From assembly GCA_000214015.2 (NCBI GenBank), contig CAID01000003.2:318999-350998 (forward strand): a stretch of 32,000 bases of DNA, written 5' to 3'. Position 1 is the stretch's first letter, and every line of letters starts with the position of its first letter. A program made the translations under genes and the position numbers. The notes under the pieces are model-generated. The model ran no database searches, was not told the DNA's origin, and saw only the letters and a program-made list of their open reading frames with translations. Source of the DNA: Ostreococcus tauri. Its lineage: Eukaryota. This document shows positions 31,915 through 32,000 of this stretch, one piece after another.

Positions 31915-32000
31915 CTACCGACGCGCGAACGGCTCGAACGCGCGCGCCCAGAGCACCGCCGCGGGCTGCATCACCGTCCCCACGAACACCTGCGACGCCG
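31915..32000 (-). CDS. Possible 3' end of a gene entering from the right window edge (last 27 codons + stop)
   Basis: Hand translation gives ...ASQVFVGTVMQPAAVLWARAFEPFARR*, with the stop as the complement of 31915-31917. 26 of 27 codons end in G/C, like the clearly coding GC-rich genes here. Too short to identify. Confidence 0.3.
   Translation of the reverse strand, partial: ASQVFVGTVMQPAAVLWARAFEPFARR

Noticed and set aside
1-32000. Prokaryotic interpretation (operons, defence islands, GTG/TTG starts as in the supplied track)
   Set aside because: The proteins are eukaryote-specific (seipin, DCN1, GPKOW, exosome RNase PH subunit, Fyv7). There are spliceosomal introns required for domain continuity and a tRNA with a 37/38 intron and Pol III T-run terminator. 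No Shine-Dalgarno-linked gene arrays are present.

Overview
This window is eukaryotic nuclear DNA, not prokaryotic. It is extremely gene-dense, with about 24 protein-coding genes and one intron-containing tRNA in 32 kb. Spacers range from a 4-bp overlap to about 900 bp. Most spacers are CG-rich low-complexity sequence, which generates long spurious ORFs on both strands. The gene content belongs to the green lineage: LIL3-type LHC-like protein, PsbP-domain protein, LTO1-type lumenal thioredoxin, organellar IF2, seipin, DCN1, MOT2/MFSD5 and a telobox-Myb protein. The best fit is a compact GC-rich picoalga of the Mamiellophyceae (Ostreococcus-like), but that assignment is inference only. The supplied ORF track uses prokaryote-style GTG/TTG starts, omits ORFs that run off the window edge, and ignores introns, so several starts were re-derived by hand. 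The main points of interest follow. (1) Short 5'-proximal introns share a (G/A)ACTGACG branch-like motif 20-31 nt upstream of a CAG acceptor; one leaves the DCN1 first exon with only the ATG. (2) A ubiquitin-like plus telobox-Myb gene carries plant telomere-type AAACCCTAA motifs inside its own intron and a degenerate telomere-like tract upstream. (3) A roughly 330-bp CCCATCGAT-type tandem repeat, open in all six frames, sits between a large divergent gene and IF2. (4) A roughly 1200-aa protein of visibly lower GC has an XPF-like, non-catalytic architecture and is a tentative SHOC1/ZIP2-like meiotic candidate. (5) A DUF924 domain is fused to a TilS-type PP-loop ATPase. (6) A VKOR/LTO1-type thioredoxin domain stands alone behind a twin-arginine signal. 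No mobile elements, CRISPR arrays or rRNA genes were seen.
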